Shown: in pieces, positions 30,693 to 41,695 of the stretch | Numbering within the stretch: the stretch's first letter is position 1 | Layout: each line of letters opens with the position of its first letter | Assembly: GCA_963851265.1 (NCBI GenBank) | Contig: CAWKNZ010000002.1 | Coordinates: 1,568,001 to 1,632,000 of the forward strand | Reading direction: 5' to 3' | DNA: 64,000 bases | Source of the DNA: an uncultured Gemmatimonadales bacterium | GTDB lineage: Bacteria > Gemmatimonadota > Gemmatimonadetes > Gemmatimonadales > Gemmatimonadaceae | The notes under the pieces: generated by a model | Databases searched by the model: none | Told to the model about the DNA's origin: nothing | The model's input: only the letters and a program-made list of their open reading frames with translations | Position numbers and translations under genes: made by a program

Positions 30693-33121
30693 GCGCCGTA
30701 GGGCACCCACACGTTCTTCACCTGCGTCGCCTCCCGCAGGTACGCGCGCCCCTCGCCCAAAGCGACGTCATACCAATCCACCGCCTCCCACGCCGTCCAC
30801 GTGCGCTTGAGGTTGCCCGTCGAGGCGCGCTCGACCGCCGTGGCGCCCGCGTGCGTGCCCCGATACCAGAGTGCGTCGACGTCGTCGTGTTCGGCGAGGA
30901 CGAGCGCGAGCGGGTCGCGCGGCCCGGTGACGATGTTTATCACGCCGTCCGGGACGTCGCTCGTGTCGAGAACGCCGTACAGGTCCGTCGCGGCGAGCGG
31001 CGCGCGCTCCGACGGAACGGTCACGACCGCGTTGCCCATCGCGACGAGCGGCGCGACCAGCGAGACGAACCCGAGCAGCGGCGCCTCGTCGGGGCACGCG
31101 ACGCCAACCACGCCGATCGGTTCGTGCAGCGCGAGCGCGACCGCGCGGACGGGCACGTCGTGCACCGCCCCGTCGTACTTGTCGGCCCACGCCGCGTACG
31201 TGAACAGCCGCCGTACCGACGCGTCGACCTCGACCGCCCCGTCCGCGGCGCCGGACATGCGGTCGAGGCGCCGCGCGAACTCGTCGGCGCGGGCCGAAAG
31301 GTTTTCCGCGACGTAGTAGAGGATCTGCGCGCGCGCGTGGCCGCTGGTGCGCGCCCACGCCTCGGCGGCCTTGTGTGCCGCCTCGACGGCGTTGCGTACG
31401 TCCTTGCGGCTGCCCTCGCCCACCTCGCCGAGCGTGATCCCGTCGGGCGCCAGAACCCGTCGCGTGTACCCGGAATCCGGGCGCGCCTGGCGGCCGCCGA
31501 CGTAGAGCTTCGCCGTGCGGTCGATCGCCGGCAGCCCGTCGACGACCCGCAGTGTGCCGGCCGGGTTGGGCGGCGAGGGTTCGTGGGCGGCCGGCTGCTC
31601 TCCGACCATCATGGCGGGTCGCGTGACGCGTTGCGGCGCGAGGTACTCGTACATCCCCTCACGTCCGCCCTCGCGCCCGAACCCGCTCTCGCGGTAGCCG
31701 CCGAAGCCCGCGCTCGCATCGAACTGGTTGGTCGTGTTGACCCACACCACTCCGGCCTTGATGCGCGGCGCGACGTCGAGGGCGAGGTTGATGTTCTCGC
31801 TCCACACGCTCGCGGCGAGGCCGAACGGCGTGTTGTTCGCGAGCGCGACGGCCTCGGACGGCGTGCGGAACGGCATCGCGACCGCCACCGGCCCGAAGAT
31901 CTCCGTCTGCGCCACCGTGGACGAGGGCGCGACGTTGGTCAGCAGTGTCGGCGGATAGAACCACCCGCGTTGTCGTTCCTCGACGCTGGCCCAGGACGGC
32001 TGCCAGCACGCCGCGCCCTCGTCGACGCCCCGCTCGACGAGCGAGCGGATGCGCTCGAGCTGGACGGGCGCGACGATCGCGCCGAGGTCGACGCCCTTGT
32101 CGAGGGGCGCGCCGAGCCGGAGTCGCTCCATGCGCGAGCGGAGCTTGTCGACGAGGCGGTCGTGCACGCCCTCCTGCACGAGCAGGCGCGACCCGGCGCA
32201 GCACACCTGCCCCTGGTTGAACCAGATCGCGTCGACGACGCCCTCGACGACGCTGTCGAGGTCGGCGTCCTCGAACACGATGAACGGGCTCTTGCCGCCT
32301 AACTCGAGCGAGAGCCTCTTGCCGCTGCCCGCGGTTGCGCGGCGGATCTCCCGGCCAACATCCGTGGACCCCGTGAAGGCGACCTTGTCCACGTCGCCGT
32401 GCGCGACGAGCGCGGCCCCAGTACGCCCGTCGCCGGTGACGACGTTCAGCACCCCCGCCGGCAGTCCGGCGTCGTGCGCGAGTTCGGCGAAGCAGAGCGC
32501 GGTGAGCGGCGTGAATTCGGCCGGCTTGAGCACCACGGTGTTCCCCGCCGCGAGCGCGGGCGCGACCTTCCACGCCAGCATGAGGAGCGGGAAGTTCCAC
32601 GGGATCACCTGCGCGACGACGCCGAGCGGGCCGTAGCCGGGGAACTCCGCGTCGAGCAGCTGCGCCCACCCCGCGTGGTGGTAGAAGTGGCGCGCGACGA
32701 GCGGCACGTCGAGGTCGCGCGTTTCGCGGATCGATTTGCCGTTGTCGAGCACCTCGAGCACCGCGAGGAGACGGCTGTGCTTCTGGACGGCCCGCGCGAG
32801 CGCGTAGAGGTGCCGCGCCCGCCCGTGCCCGCCTAACGTGGCCCACGCCGGCTGCGCGGCGCGCGCGGCCGCGACGGCCCGGTCGACGTCGTCCGCGGTG
32901 CCCTGCGGCACGCGGGCCAGGCGCTCGCCGGTCGCGGGCTCGAAGACGTCGAACAGCTCGGCGTCCGGCGCGCGGTACCGCGCGCCCCCGATGTGGTGCG
33001 CGCCCTCGCCGCCCCGCGACGCGATCCAGCGACGCGCCTCCGCGTCCGACTCGGGCGCTGGGCCGTACGCCATAGACTGAAAGATCTCGGCGACTGTCGC
33101 GCCGGCGTCGGCCGTCGGCAT
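30689..33121 (-). CDS. Double-length aldehyde dehydrogenase (ALDH16-like, ~810 aa)
   Basis: PWNFP, FTGST, LELGGKSP, catalytic GQVCCAGSR, EIFGPV and GGYRESGFGREGG, then a second degenerate ALDH-like domain; start MPTADA overlaps the deoC stop. Confidence 0.93.
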   Translation of the reverse strand: MPTADAGATVAEIFQSMAYGPAPESDAEARRWIASRGGEGAHHIGGARYRAPDAELFDVFEPATGERLARVPQGTADDVDRAVAAARAAQPAWATLGGHGRARHLYALARAVQKHSRLLAVLEVLDNGKSIRETRDLDVPLVARHFYHHAGWAQLLDAEFPGYGPLGVVAQVIPWNFPLLMLAWKVAPALAAGNTVVLKPAEFTPLTALCFAELAHDAGLPAGVLNVVTGDGRTGAALVAHGDVDKVAFTGSTDVGREIRRATAGSGKRLSLELGGKSPFIVFEDADLDSVVEGVVDAIWFNQGQVCCAGSRLLVQEGVHDRLVDKLRSRMERLRLGAPLDKGVDLGAIVAPVQLERIRSLVERGVDEGAACWQPSWASVEERQRGWFYPPTLLTNVAPSSTVAQTEIFGPVAVAMPFRTPSEAVALANNTPFGLAASVWSENINLALDVAPRIKAGVVWVNTTNQFDASAGFGGYRESGFGREGGREGMYEYLAPQRVTRPAMMVGEQPAAHEPSPPNPAGTLRVVDGLPAIDRTAKLYVGGRQARPDSGYTRRVLAPDGITLGEVGEGSRKDVRNAVEAAHKAAEAWARTSGHARAQILYYVAENLSARADEFARRLDRMSGAADGAVEVDASVRRLFTYAAWADKYDGAVHDVPVRAVALALHEPIGVVGVACPDEAPLLGFVSLVAPLVAMGNAVVTVPSERAPLAATDLYGVLDTSDVPDGVINIVTGPRDPLALVLAEHDDVDALWYRGTHAGATAVERASTGNLKRTWTAWEAVDWYDVALGEGRAYLREATQVKNVWVPYGA

Positions 33122-34173
33122 CAGACCATGGCGTGGCGGTGGGCGGCGGAGTAGCGCCCGGTGACGAAGTGTTCGAGCTGCCGCTCGATGTCGGTGAGCA
33201 GCGCGCTCGCGCCGATGCGGAACAGGTCCGAGGCGAGCCACCGCGTGCCCAACTCCTCGCGCATCACGTACTGGAACTCGAGCGCCTGCTTGGCGGTGCG
33301 GATGCCGCCCGCGGGCTTGAAGCCGACCATCGCGCCCGTGCGCTCGTGGTAGTCGCGGATGGCCCGGCACATCACCAGCGCGAACGGCAGCGTCGCGTTC
33401 ACGCCTTCCTTCCCGGTGCTGGTCTTGATGAAGTCCGCGCCCGCCATCATCGCGACCTGGCTGGCGCGCGCGACGTTCGCGAGCGTGGCGAGCTCGCCCG
33501 TCGCGAGAATCACCTTGAGATGCGCGTCGCCGCACGCGGCGCGCATCGCGCGCACCTCGTCGTAGAGCGCTTCCCACTCGCCGCGCAACACGTGCGCGCG
33601 CGTGATCACGGTGTCGATCTCGACCGCGCCGTCGTCGACCGACGCGCGGATTTCGGCCAGCCGCTCGCGGAGCGGCGAGAGCCCCGCGGGGAAGCCCGTC
33701 GACACGGCCGCGACCGGCACTCCCGTGCCGCGCAGCGCGTCGACCGCGGTCGCCACGTACGCGTGATAGACGCAGACGGCGCCGGCGCGGATCGCGAGCG
33801 GGGCGGCGCCGAGCGCGTCGACGAGGTCGTCGCGCAGCGGGCGCACCGCCTTGGCGCACAGGCGTCGCACGTTGGACGGCGTATCGTCACCGGCCAGCGT
33901 CGTGAGGTCGATGCAGGTGATCGCGCGCAGAAGCCACGCCGCCTGCCACGCCTTCTTCACGGTCCGGCGCGCCGGAAGCGTCGCGGCGCGCCGTTCCACC
34001 GCCGAGCGGTTCACCCGCTGTGCGCGGACCAGCGCGAGGTCGAACGGCGTCCCGGGGTTGCGCGCGAGGATCGCGTCGGCTGCGAGCGGGCCGCCGGCCG
34101 GCGTCGGCGCGAGCCACGGCCCGCGCGCACTACGCGGGCCGGGCGCGGTGACGGTTTGCGGGATCGCGTCCAT
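33121..34173 (-). CDS. deoC: Deoxyribose-phosphate aldolase
   Basis: IDLTTLAGDDT, AVCVY, STGFP, HLKVILATGEL, ADFIKTSTGK, GFKPAGGI and FRIGAS. Confidence 0.96.
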   Translation of the reverse strand: MDAIPQTVTAPGPRSARGPWLAPTPAGGPLAADAILARNPGTPFDLALVRAQRVNRSAVERRAATLPARRTVKKAWQAAWLLRAITCIDLTTLAGDDTPSNVRRLCAKAVRPLRDDLVDALGAAPLAIRAGAVCVYHAYVATAVDALRGTGVPVAAVSTGFPAGLSPLRERLAEIRASVDDGAVEIDTVITRAHVLRGEWEALYDEVRAMRAACGDAHLKVILATGELATLANVARASQVAMMAGADFIKTSTGKEGVNATLPFALVMCRAIRDYHERTGAMVGFKPAGGIRTAKQALEFQYVMREELGTRWLASDLFRIGASALLTDIERQLEHFVTGRYSAAHRHAMV

Positions 34174-34206
34174 GCCCGCAATCTACGGCCCGGTGCGCGC
34201 CGAGCC

Positions 34207-34905
34207 CTACCGCCGGCGTACGCCCGCGACGAGCAACCCGACGCCGACCGCGACGAGCGCCGACGCGAAGGGCCGCTGGCCGATCAGGTCGGTGAACCGT
34301 TCGACCGGCACCGCACGCCGTGCGGCCTCGAACCCGCGCGCCGCCTGCTTCTCGACCGCCTCGGCCCCGTCGTGCGTGCGGGCGTGGAACGTCTCGATGC
34401 CTCGGGCGACCTTGCCGACCGCGCTGTCGTCGGAGACGCCGAGCGCCTGCACCGTCATATCGGCCCAGTCGTAGTGGCGCTGCTCGTCGCGCGCCGCGCC
34501 GTGCACGAACGTCTGAACGTCCGACGGCCACGCGCCGGCGCGCTCGGCAGCGCGGGCGTACTTGTCACGCGCCTGGCGCTCGTTGGCGCGGAACGCGACG
34601 AGCACCGGCGTGTCGCCGCCACCGATGTCACCGATGGCCTGCATCGCGAGCTTGTCGAGGCTGCTCGGATGAGGCGCCGCGATCGGCTGGCCGCCGTACT
34701 TACCGATGAGTGCGGTGAGCTCGTCCGCGTGTCGTTCGTGGTCGCGCCGGTACCGGGAGACCGTGTCACGGTAAGTCGCGTTCTGCAGCTCGCGCATCGT
34801 CAGCGCGTAGCTGGCGAGCGCGTCGTGGTCGAGTTCGAGCAGGTCGTTCAGCTCGGCGATGGTCGCGGCATCGAGCGTCTGCGTGGGAGCGGCTGGTGTC
34901 GTCAT
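34207..34905 (-). CDS. Ferritin-like (DUF2383-type) protein with a C-terminal ElaB/YqjD-like membrane anchor
   Basis: ELNDLLELDHDALASY, DHERHADEL, ANERQARDKY and DEQRHYDW di-iron-like ExxH pattern; tail ...QRPFASALVAVGVGLLVAGVRRR. Confidence 0.75.
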   Translation of the reverse strand: MTTPAAPTQTLDAATIAELNDLLELDHDALASYALTMRELQNATYRDTVSRYRRDHERHADELTALIGKYGGQPIAAPHPSSLDKLAMQAIGDIGGGDTPVLVAFRANERQARDKYARAAERAGAWPSDVQTFVHGAARDEQRHYDWADMTVQALGVSDDSAVGKVARGIETFHARTHDGAEAVEKQAARGFEAARRAVPVERFTDLIGQRPFASALVAVGVGLLVAGVRRR

Positions 34906-34987
34906 GCGCGTGATCGTCCGCATGGAGTGTGCGCGGCCGGTTGCTGGGGCCATCTTATCCGCCACGTTCATCAGTCCGTCCGCACGC

Positions 34988-36550
34988 ATGCCCAACGCCT
35001 CGCCACTTCCCACATCCCGCGCGCGCCGGCGTGCGCCCGCCCTGCCGCCCAGCCCGACCGCGCCGGCGTCGGCAATGCCCTGGGTGCATCGCGCCCCCGG
35101 TGTCCCGTACTTCGCGCTCGACGACGGCGCACCGTGGACGCCGATCGGCGCCAACGAGTCGATCACCTGGCCGGGACTCGACGGCCTCTTCCGGCGGCGC
35201 GACCTCGCGGGCGCGGAGGCGTACGTGCGGTACCTGCGCGAAAGCGGGGTGACGGTCCTGCGGCTGATGCTCGAGTACAGCCAGGGCCAGCACCGGTACT
35301 TCGAACGGCCCGCGGGCACGTTCAACCCGTCGATGGTCGCGCTGTGGGACGACCTGTTCGCGATCTGCGAGCGCGTCGGCATGCGGATCCTGCTCACGCC
35401 GTACGACACGTTCTTCCAGTACATCCGGTGGCGCCACCACCCCTACAACAGGCGCAACGGCGGCCCGTGCGCCGACCGTTCGCAGCTGATGGTCTGCCCC
35501 GACACGCGGAGCCTGATCAAGGCGCGGCTCGCGTTCGCGGCGGAGCGGTGGGGCGGCAGCGGGGCGCTGTTCGCGTGGGACCTCTGGAACGAGTTGCACC
35601 CCGCGCAGGGCAACAACGACTACTTCGGGATGTGGGGCTTCGTCTCCGACGTCGGCGCGCACCTGCGCGAGCTGGAGCGCCGCCTCTACGGGCGCACGCA
35701 CCCGCAGACGGTGAGCGTGTTCGGGCCCGAGCTGCTGTGGAAGCCCGAGCTGCACGAGCTGATCTTCCGCCACCCCGGGCTCGACTTCGCCAGCACGCAC
35801 TTCTACGCCGAGGAGACGATCGACGCGCCGCGCGACACCGTCGCGCCGGCGGTCGCCGCCGCCCGCCTAACGGAAGACGCGCTCGCCGAAGTGCGCGACG
35901 CGCGTCCGTTCTTCGAGAGCGAGCACGGCCCGATCTGCACGTTCAAGGACCGCGGCGTCACGCTTCCCGAAGCGTTCGACGACGAGTACTTCCGCCACAT
36001 CCAGTGGGCGCACCTCGCGTCGGGCGGCGCGGGGGGCGGCATGCGGTGGCCGAACCGCAGCCCCCACGTGCTCACGCGCGGGATGCGGGAGTCGCAGGCC
36101 GCGCTCGCGCGCGTCGCGACGCGCGTGGACTGGCCGACGTTCCAGCGCCGGTGCCTCAACGACGACGTCGTCGTGCGAGACGCGGCCGGGCGCGCACTCG
36201 CGCGGGTGACGTCGCGGCCGCACACGCCGGCCGGCCACCCGCCCGTCGTTCCGATGGCGGGGCGCGTGGTGGCTGCATTCGCGTGCGGCGATGCGCGCCA
36301 GGCCGTGGCATTCCTGCTGCGCGCCGACGCGCTCGCGCCCGACGGACGCGTGCGTCGCGACGTTCCGCCGCGCGAGGTGACGCTCGACGTTCCGGGGCTC
36401 GCGGCGGGCGAGTACACGGTCGCGGAATGCGACGCGACAACCGGCCGGGAGCGGCGGGCGCACGAGGTCTCGCACGCGGGGGGTGACCTGACCCTGCCGG
36501 CGGTACCGCTGGTGGCCGACGCGGTGCTACTCGTTCGGGCGCGCGCGTGA
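34988..36550 (+). CDS. Glycoside hydrolase, clan A (GH5-like)
   Basis: PIGANE, GVTVLRLMLEY, FAWDLWNELH (acid/base NE), STHFY and PFFESEHG (candidate nucleophile); start approximate. Confidence 0.7.
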   Translation: MPNASPLPTSRARRRAPALPPSPTAPASAMPWVHRAPGVPYFALDDGAPWTPIGANESITWPGLDGLFRRRDLAGAEAYVRYLRESGVTVLRLMLEYSQGQHRYFERPAGTFNPSMVALWDDLFAICERVGMRILLTPYDTFFQYIRWRHHPYNRRNGGPCADRSQLMVCPDTRSLIKARLAFAAERWGGSGALFAWDLWNELHPAQGNNDYFGMWGFVSDVGAHLRELERRLYGRTHPQTVSVFGPELLWKPELHELIFRHPGLDFASTHFYAEETIDAPRDTVAPAVAAARLTEDALAEVRDARPFFESEHGPICTFKDRGVTLPEAFDDEYFRHIQWAHLASGGAGGGMRWPNRSPHVLTRGMRESQAALARVATRVDWPTFQRRCLNDDVVVRDAAGRALARVTSRPHTPAGHPPVVPMAGRVVAAFACGDARQAVAFLLRADALAPDGRVRRDVPPREVTLDVPGLAAGEYTVAECDATTGRERRAHEVSHAGGDLTLPAVPLVADAVLLVRARA

Positions 36551-36705
36551 CGTCGCGCGCGCGACGCGATTGAGGAGGGCAATCGACGGCTGGCTTAACA
36601 CGCGGCGTGGCGCGGCGTCTTCCTGACGTGCGCGACGTCGGATGCGGCGAGTTAGGCCGGTCGGTTCCGCCGCGCACCAGCCCTCCACTCCTCGTCTCAG
36701 GTCCC

Positions 36706-37275
36706 ATGCGTCTCACCCAACTGCTCGCGATCGCCGCCGTCGTTCCCGCCCTCGCCGCCACGCGCGCCGGCGCCCAACAGCCGTCCGTTCCGCTCTCCGC
36801 TGCCGACAGCGCGGCCCGCGCCCGTGACCTGCGGCACGACCGCCGCGACCTGCGCCGCGACGAGCGGCGGGACGCGAACCGCGACGGACAGCTCGCCGGC
36901 GACCGCGTCGTCGACCGCCGCGACAACGCGCTACTCAACCGCGATCGCCAGCTTCGGAACGGGGCGCGCGCGACCGACCGCGTGGCCGACTCCACGCGCC
37001 GAGCCGACCGCCAGGCGCTCCGCGCGGCGCACGCGTCGGGCGACACGGGCGCGTACCGCGCCGACCGCCAAGCCCTCCGCGCCGCGAGCCGGACCGACCG
37101 TCAGGATGATCGCGCGCTTCGCCGCGACAACACCCAGCTCGGCCAGGACCGGCGCGTCGACGCGCGCGACGACCGGGCGACGCGCGGCGACGCCACCGCC
37201 GGCCGCCGGCTCGACAACGACGTGCGGCACGACCGCCGCGATCTGCGCCGCGACCGCCGGGCCGGCACGCCCTGA
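36706..37275 (+). CDS. Secreted Arg/Asp-rich repeat protein
   Basis: Signal MRLTQLLAIAAVVPALAATRAGA/Q; repeats RHDRRDLRRD x2 and RADRQALRAA x2. Confidence 0.8.
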   Translation: MRLTQLLAIAAVVPALAATRAGAQQPSVPLSAADSAARARDLRHDRRDLRRDERRDANRDGQLAGDRVVDRRDNALLNRDRQLRNGARATDRVADSTRRADRQALRAAHASGDTGAYRADRQALRAASRTDRQDDRALRRDNTQLGQDRRVDARDDRATRGDATAGRRLDNDVRHDRRDLRRDRRAGTP

Positions 37276-37449
37276 CCCACGACACGGCGGCGTCTGGAAC
37301 CGCCGCGCCGCGCGCGGGTCCGCAATGTGCTAAACTCCAGCGAGTTGGACCACACGCGCAGTGCCGCGCGTGCGGTCCGGGTCGCAGATTTCGCATCCGC
37401 CACGCGCCGGGCGATCATCGCTCGCGCTTTCGCACAGGAGCGCTTCGTC

Positions 37450-37716
37450 ATGATCGGTAACCTGCTCGCCCCCGAACACTTGCTCATCGTTCTCGCCGTC
37501 ATCCTGCTGATGTTCGGTGGCAAGAAGATCCCGGAGCTCGCCAGCGGCCTCGGCAAAGGCGTGCGCGAGTTCAAGAACGGCATCGCCGGTGCGGGCGAAC
37601 CGACCCCGCAGGTGACCGCGCCAACGGTCGCGCCCGAGCCGGTTGCGGCGCGCACGTCAGTCGAGACGATCACGGTCTCCGCGCCCCCGCCCGAACCGAA
37701 GCGCCTCATCAGCTGA
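37450..37716 (+). CDS. tatA: Twin-arginine translocase TatA/E subunit
   Basis: AGGAG SD; LLIVLAVILLMFGGKKIPELASGLGKGVREFK. Confidence 0.95.
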   Translation: MIGNLLAPEHLLIVLAVILLMFGGKKIPELASGLGKGVREFKNGIAGAGEPTPQVTAPTVAPEPVAARTSVETITVSAPPPEPKRLIS

Positions 37717-37752
37717 GCCGCGCCGCCGTCGCCGCGACGGCCTCGCTACGCC

Positions 37753-37797
37753 ACGACGCCCCCGCCAATCGGTTGGCGGGGGCGTCGTGCGTTTCGC
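37753..37797 (+). terminator. Terminator hairpin after tatA
   Basis: ACGACGCCCCCGCCAA / TTGGCGGGGGCGTCGT followed by GCGTTTC. Confidence 0.7.
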
Positions 37798-37979
37798 GTC
37801 GATGCGGCAGAACGTGCGCGGCAGTTCGACGGGTGGTACCCGGGTGATCACGGGTCGCGTCGTTCGAACACCGACGGAACGCGAGGCAGCCGTCGCGTCG
37901 AGGTCTCCGGGCTCGTTCACATTCCGCGTTTCGGTAGCCGGGAGCGGCCGTCGCGCGCGAGGGCCTTCACAGTTGCGGC

Positions 37980-38014
37980 GAACCCCCGTCGGCGCGGCGC
38001 GCGGACGGGGGTTC
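37980..38014 (-). terminator. Hairpin immediately 3' of tRNA-Met
   Basis: GAACCCCCGTC / GACGGGGGTTC inverted repeat. Confidence 0.55.
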
Positions 38015-38018
38015 GGAA

Positions 38019-38092
38019 TAGCAGGGGAGGGGCTCGAACCCTCGACCTCACGATTATGAGTCGTGCGCTCTGACCAGCTGAGCTACCCTGCC
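38019..38092 (-). tRNA. tRNA with CAU anticodon (probably elongator tRNA-Met; Ile2 not excluded); CCA not encoded
   Basis: Reverse complement GGCAGGGTAGCTCAGCTGGTCAGAGCGCACGACTCATAATCGTGAGGTCGAGGGTTCGAGCCCCTCCCCTGCTA folds as a cloverleaf. Confidence 0.93.
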
Positions 38093-38141
38093 ATCTGGCA
38101 GACCTGCGCCACGTCTGGAGCGGAACGTGGTCCTCATGAAA

Positions 38142-38173
38142 CGAACGGGCCGGCTTGGAAGCCGGCCCGTTCG
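38142..38173 (-). terminator. Terminator-like hairpin between the two tRNAs
   Basis: CGAACGGGCCGGCTT / AAGCCGGCCCGTTCG, followed on the minus strand by TTTCAT. Confidence 0.6.
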
Positions 38174-38175
38174 CA

Positions 38176-38610
<435 letters not shown>

Positions 38611-38640
38611 GCGCGTGCTCCCCCGCCTCGCGAGCCGCGG

Positions 38641-40725
<2,085 letters not shown>

Positions 40726-40726
<1 letters not shown>

Positions 40727-41694
40727 CAGCGCGTAAAGTGGTCGTACCCGCCGGAGAGGTCAACGCGCGCGTTGCCGTCGGCGAGCACCACGCGCCCGCC
40801 GTCGCCCTCAGCGATCCGAACGTGGCCGACTCGCGTGAGCACGACGCGGAAGGCACGCGCGAACGCCTCGCAGTCGAGATCGGGCGGTGCGGCGCAGACG
40901 AGTTCGTACTCCTCCCCGCCCCGGAGCGCGTCCTCGACGGTCGCGTCGTCGACGCGGGGCACGAGCGCGGGATCGAGGACGACGTCGCACCCACTCGCGG
41001 CGGCGACGTGGCCGGCGTCGGCCACGAGCCCGTCGGAGACGTCGACGAGTGCCCGCGCGCCGCGTTCTGCCAACCAGCGCGCCTCGGCCACGCGCGCCCG
41101 CGGGCGGGCGAAGCGCTCGCGGTCGGGCCCGGCCGGCTGCGCGCCGCGCAGCAGCGCCTCGAGGGCGCGGCGCGGACCGCCGAGGCGCCCCGTCACGTAC
41201 AGGGCATCGCCGGGGCGCGCCCCGCCTCGCGCGACGGGCCGCGTGGCCTCGCCGAGGACCGTGATCGTGAGTACGAGGTCGCGCCCTCCCGTGAGATCGC
41301 CGCCGATGATGGGGCACGCCACGGCCGCGGCCGCCTCGCCCACGCCCTCACCGATCTCGGGCAGCGCGTCGCGCCAGCGCGGGGGGACGGTCATCGCCAA
41401 CACGAGCCCGAGCGGCCGCGCCGCCATCGCCGCGAGGTCGCTCAGCGCGCTCGTCGCCGCGCGCCACCCGAGTTCCTCGCGGGTGAACCAGCCCGCGCGG
41501 AAGTGGACGTCCTCGACCGAGCTGTCGGTGCTGACGACGAGTCGCGCGCCGGGCGCGACGTCGACGACGGCCGCGTCGTCGCCGATGCCGCGCGCGCGGT
41601 CGCCCCAACGCGTGATCAGGGTGCGGATCGCGTCGAACTCGCGCCCCGCCCCGAGCGTCGTGTGGAGGTCGGCGGGCCGCGGCGCGGCGGACAC
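40726..41694 (-). CDS. thiL: Thiamine-monophosphate kinase
   Basis: REFDAI, GIGDDAA, SDLAAMAA, IIGGD, DVSDGL and GGEEYEL. Confidence 0.95.
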
Positions 41695-41695
41695 G

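Noticed and set aside
33133..36486. 1117-aa + strand ORF and the many other long R/A/G/P-rich overlapping ORFs in the track
   Set aside because: These are shadow frames of real genes, expected at this GC content because stop codons are rare; they carry no recognisable motifs.
36820..37260. CRISPR-like repeats
   Set aside because: The repeats are in-frame, occur only in pairs, lack regular spacers and have no cas genes nearby.
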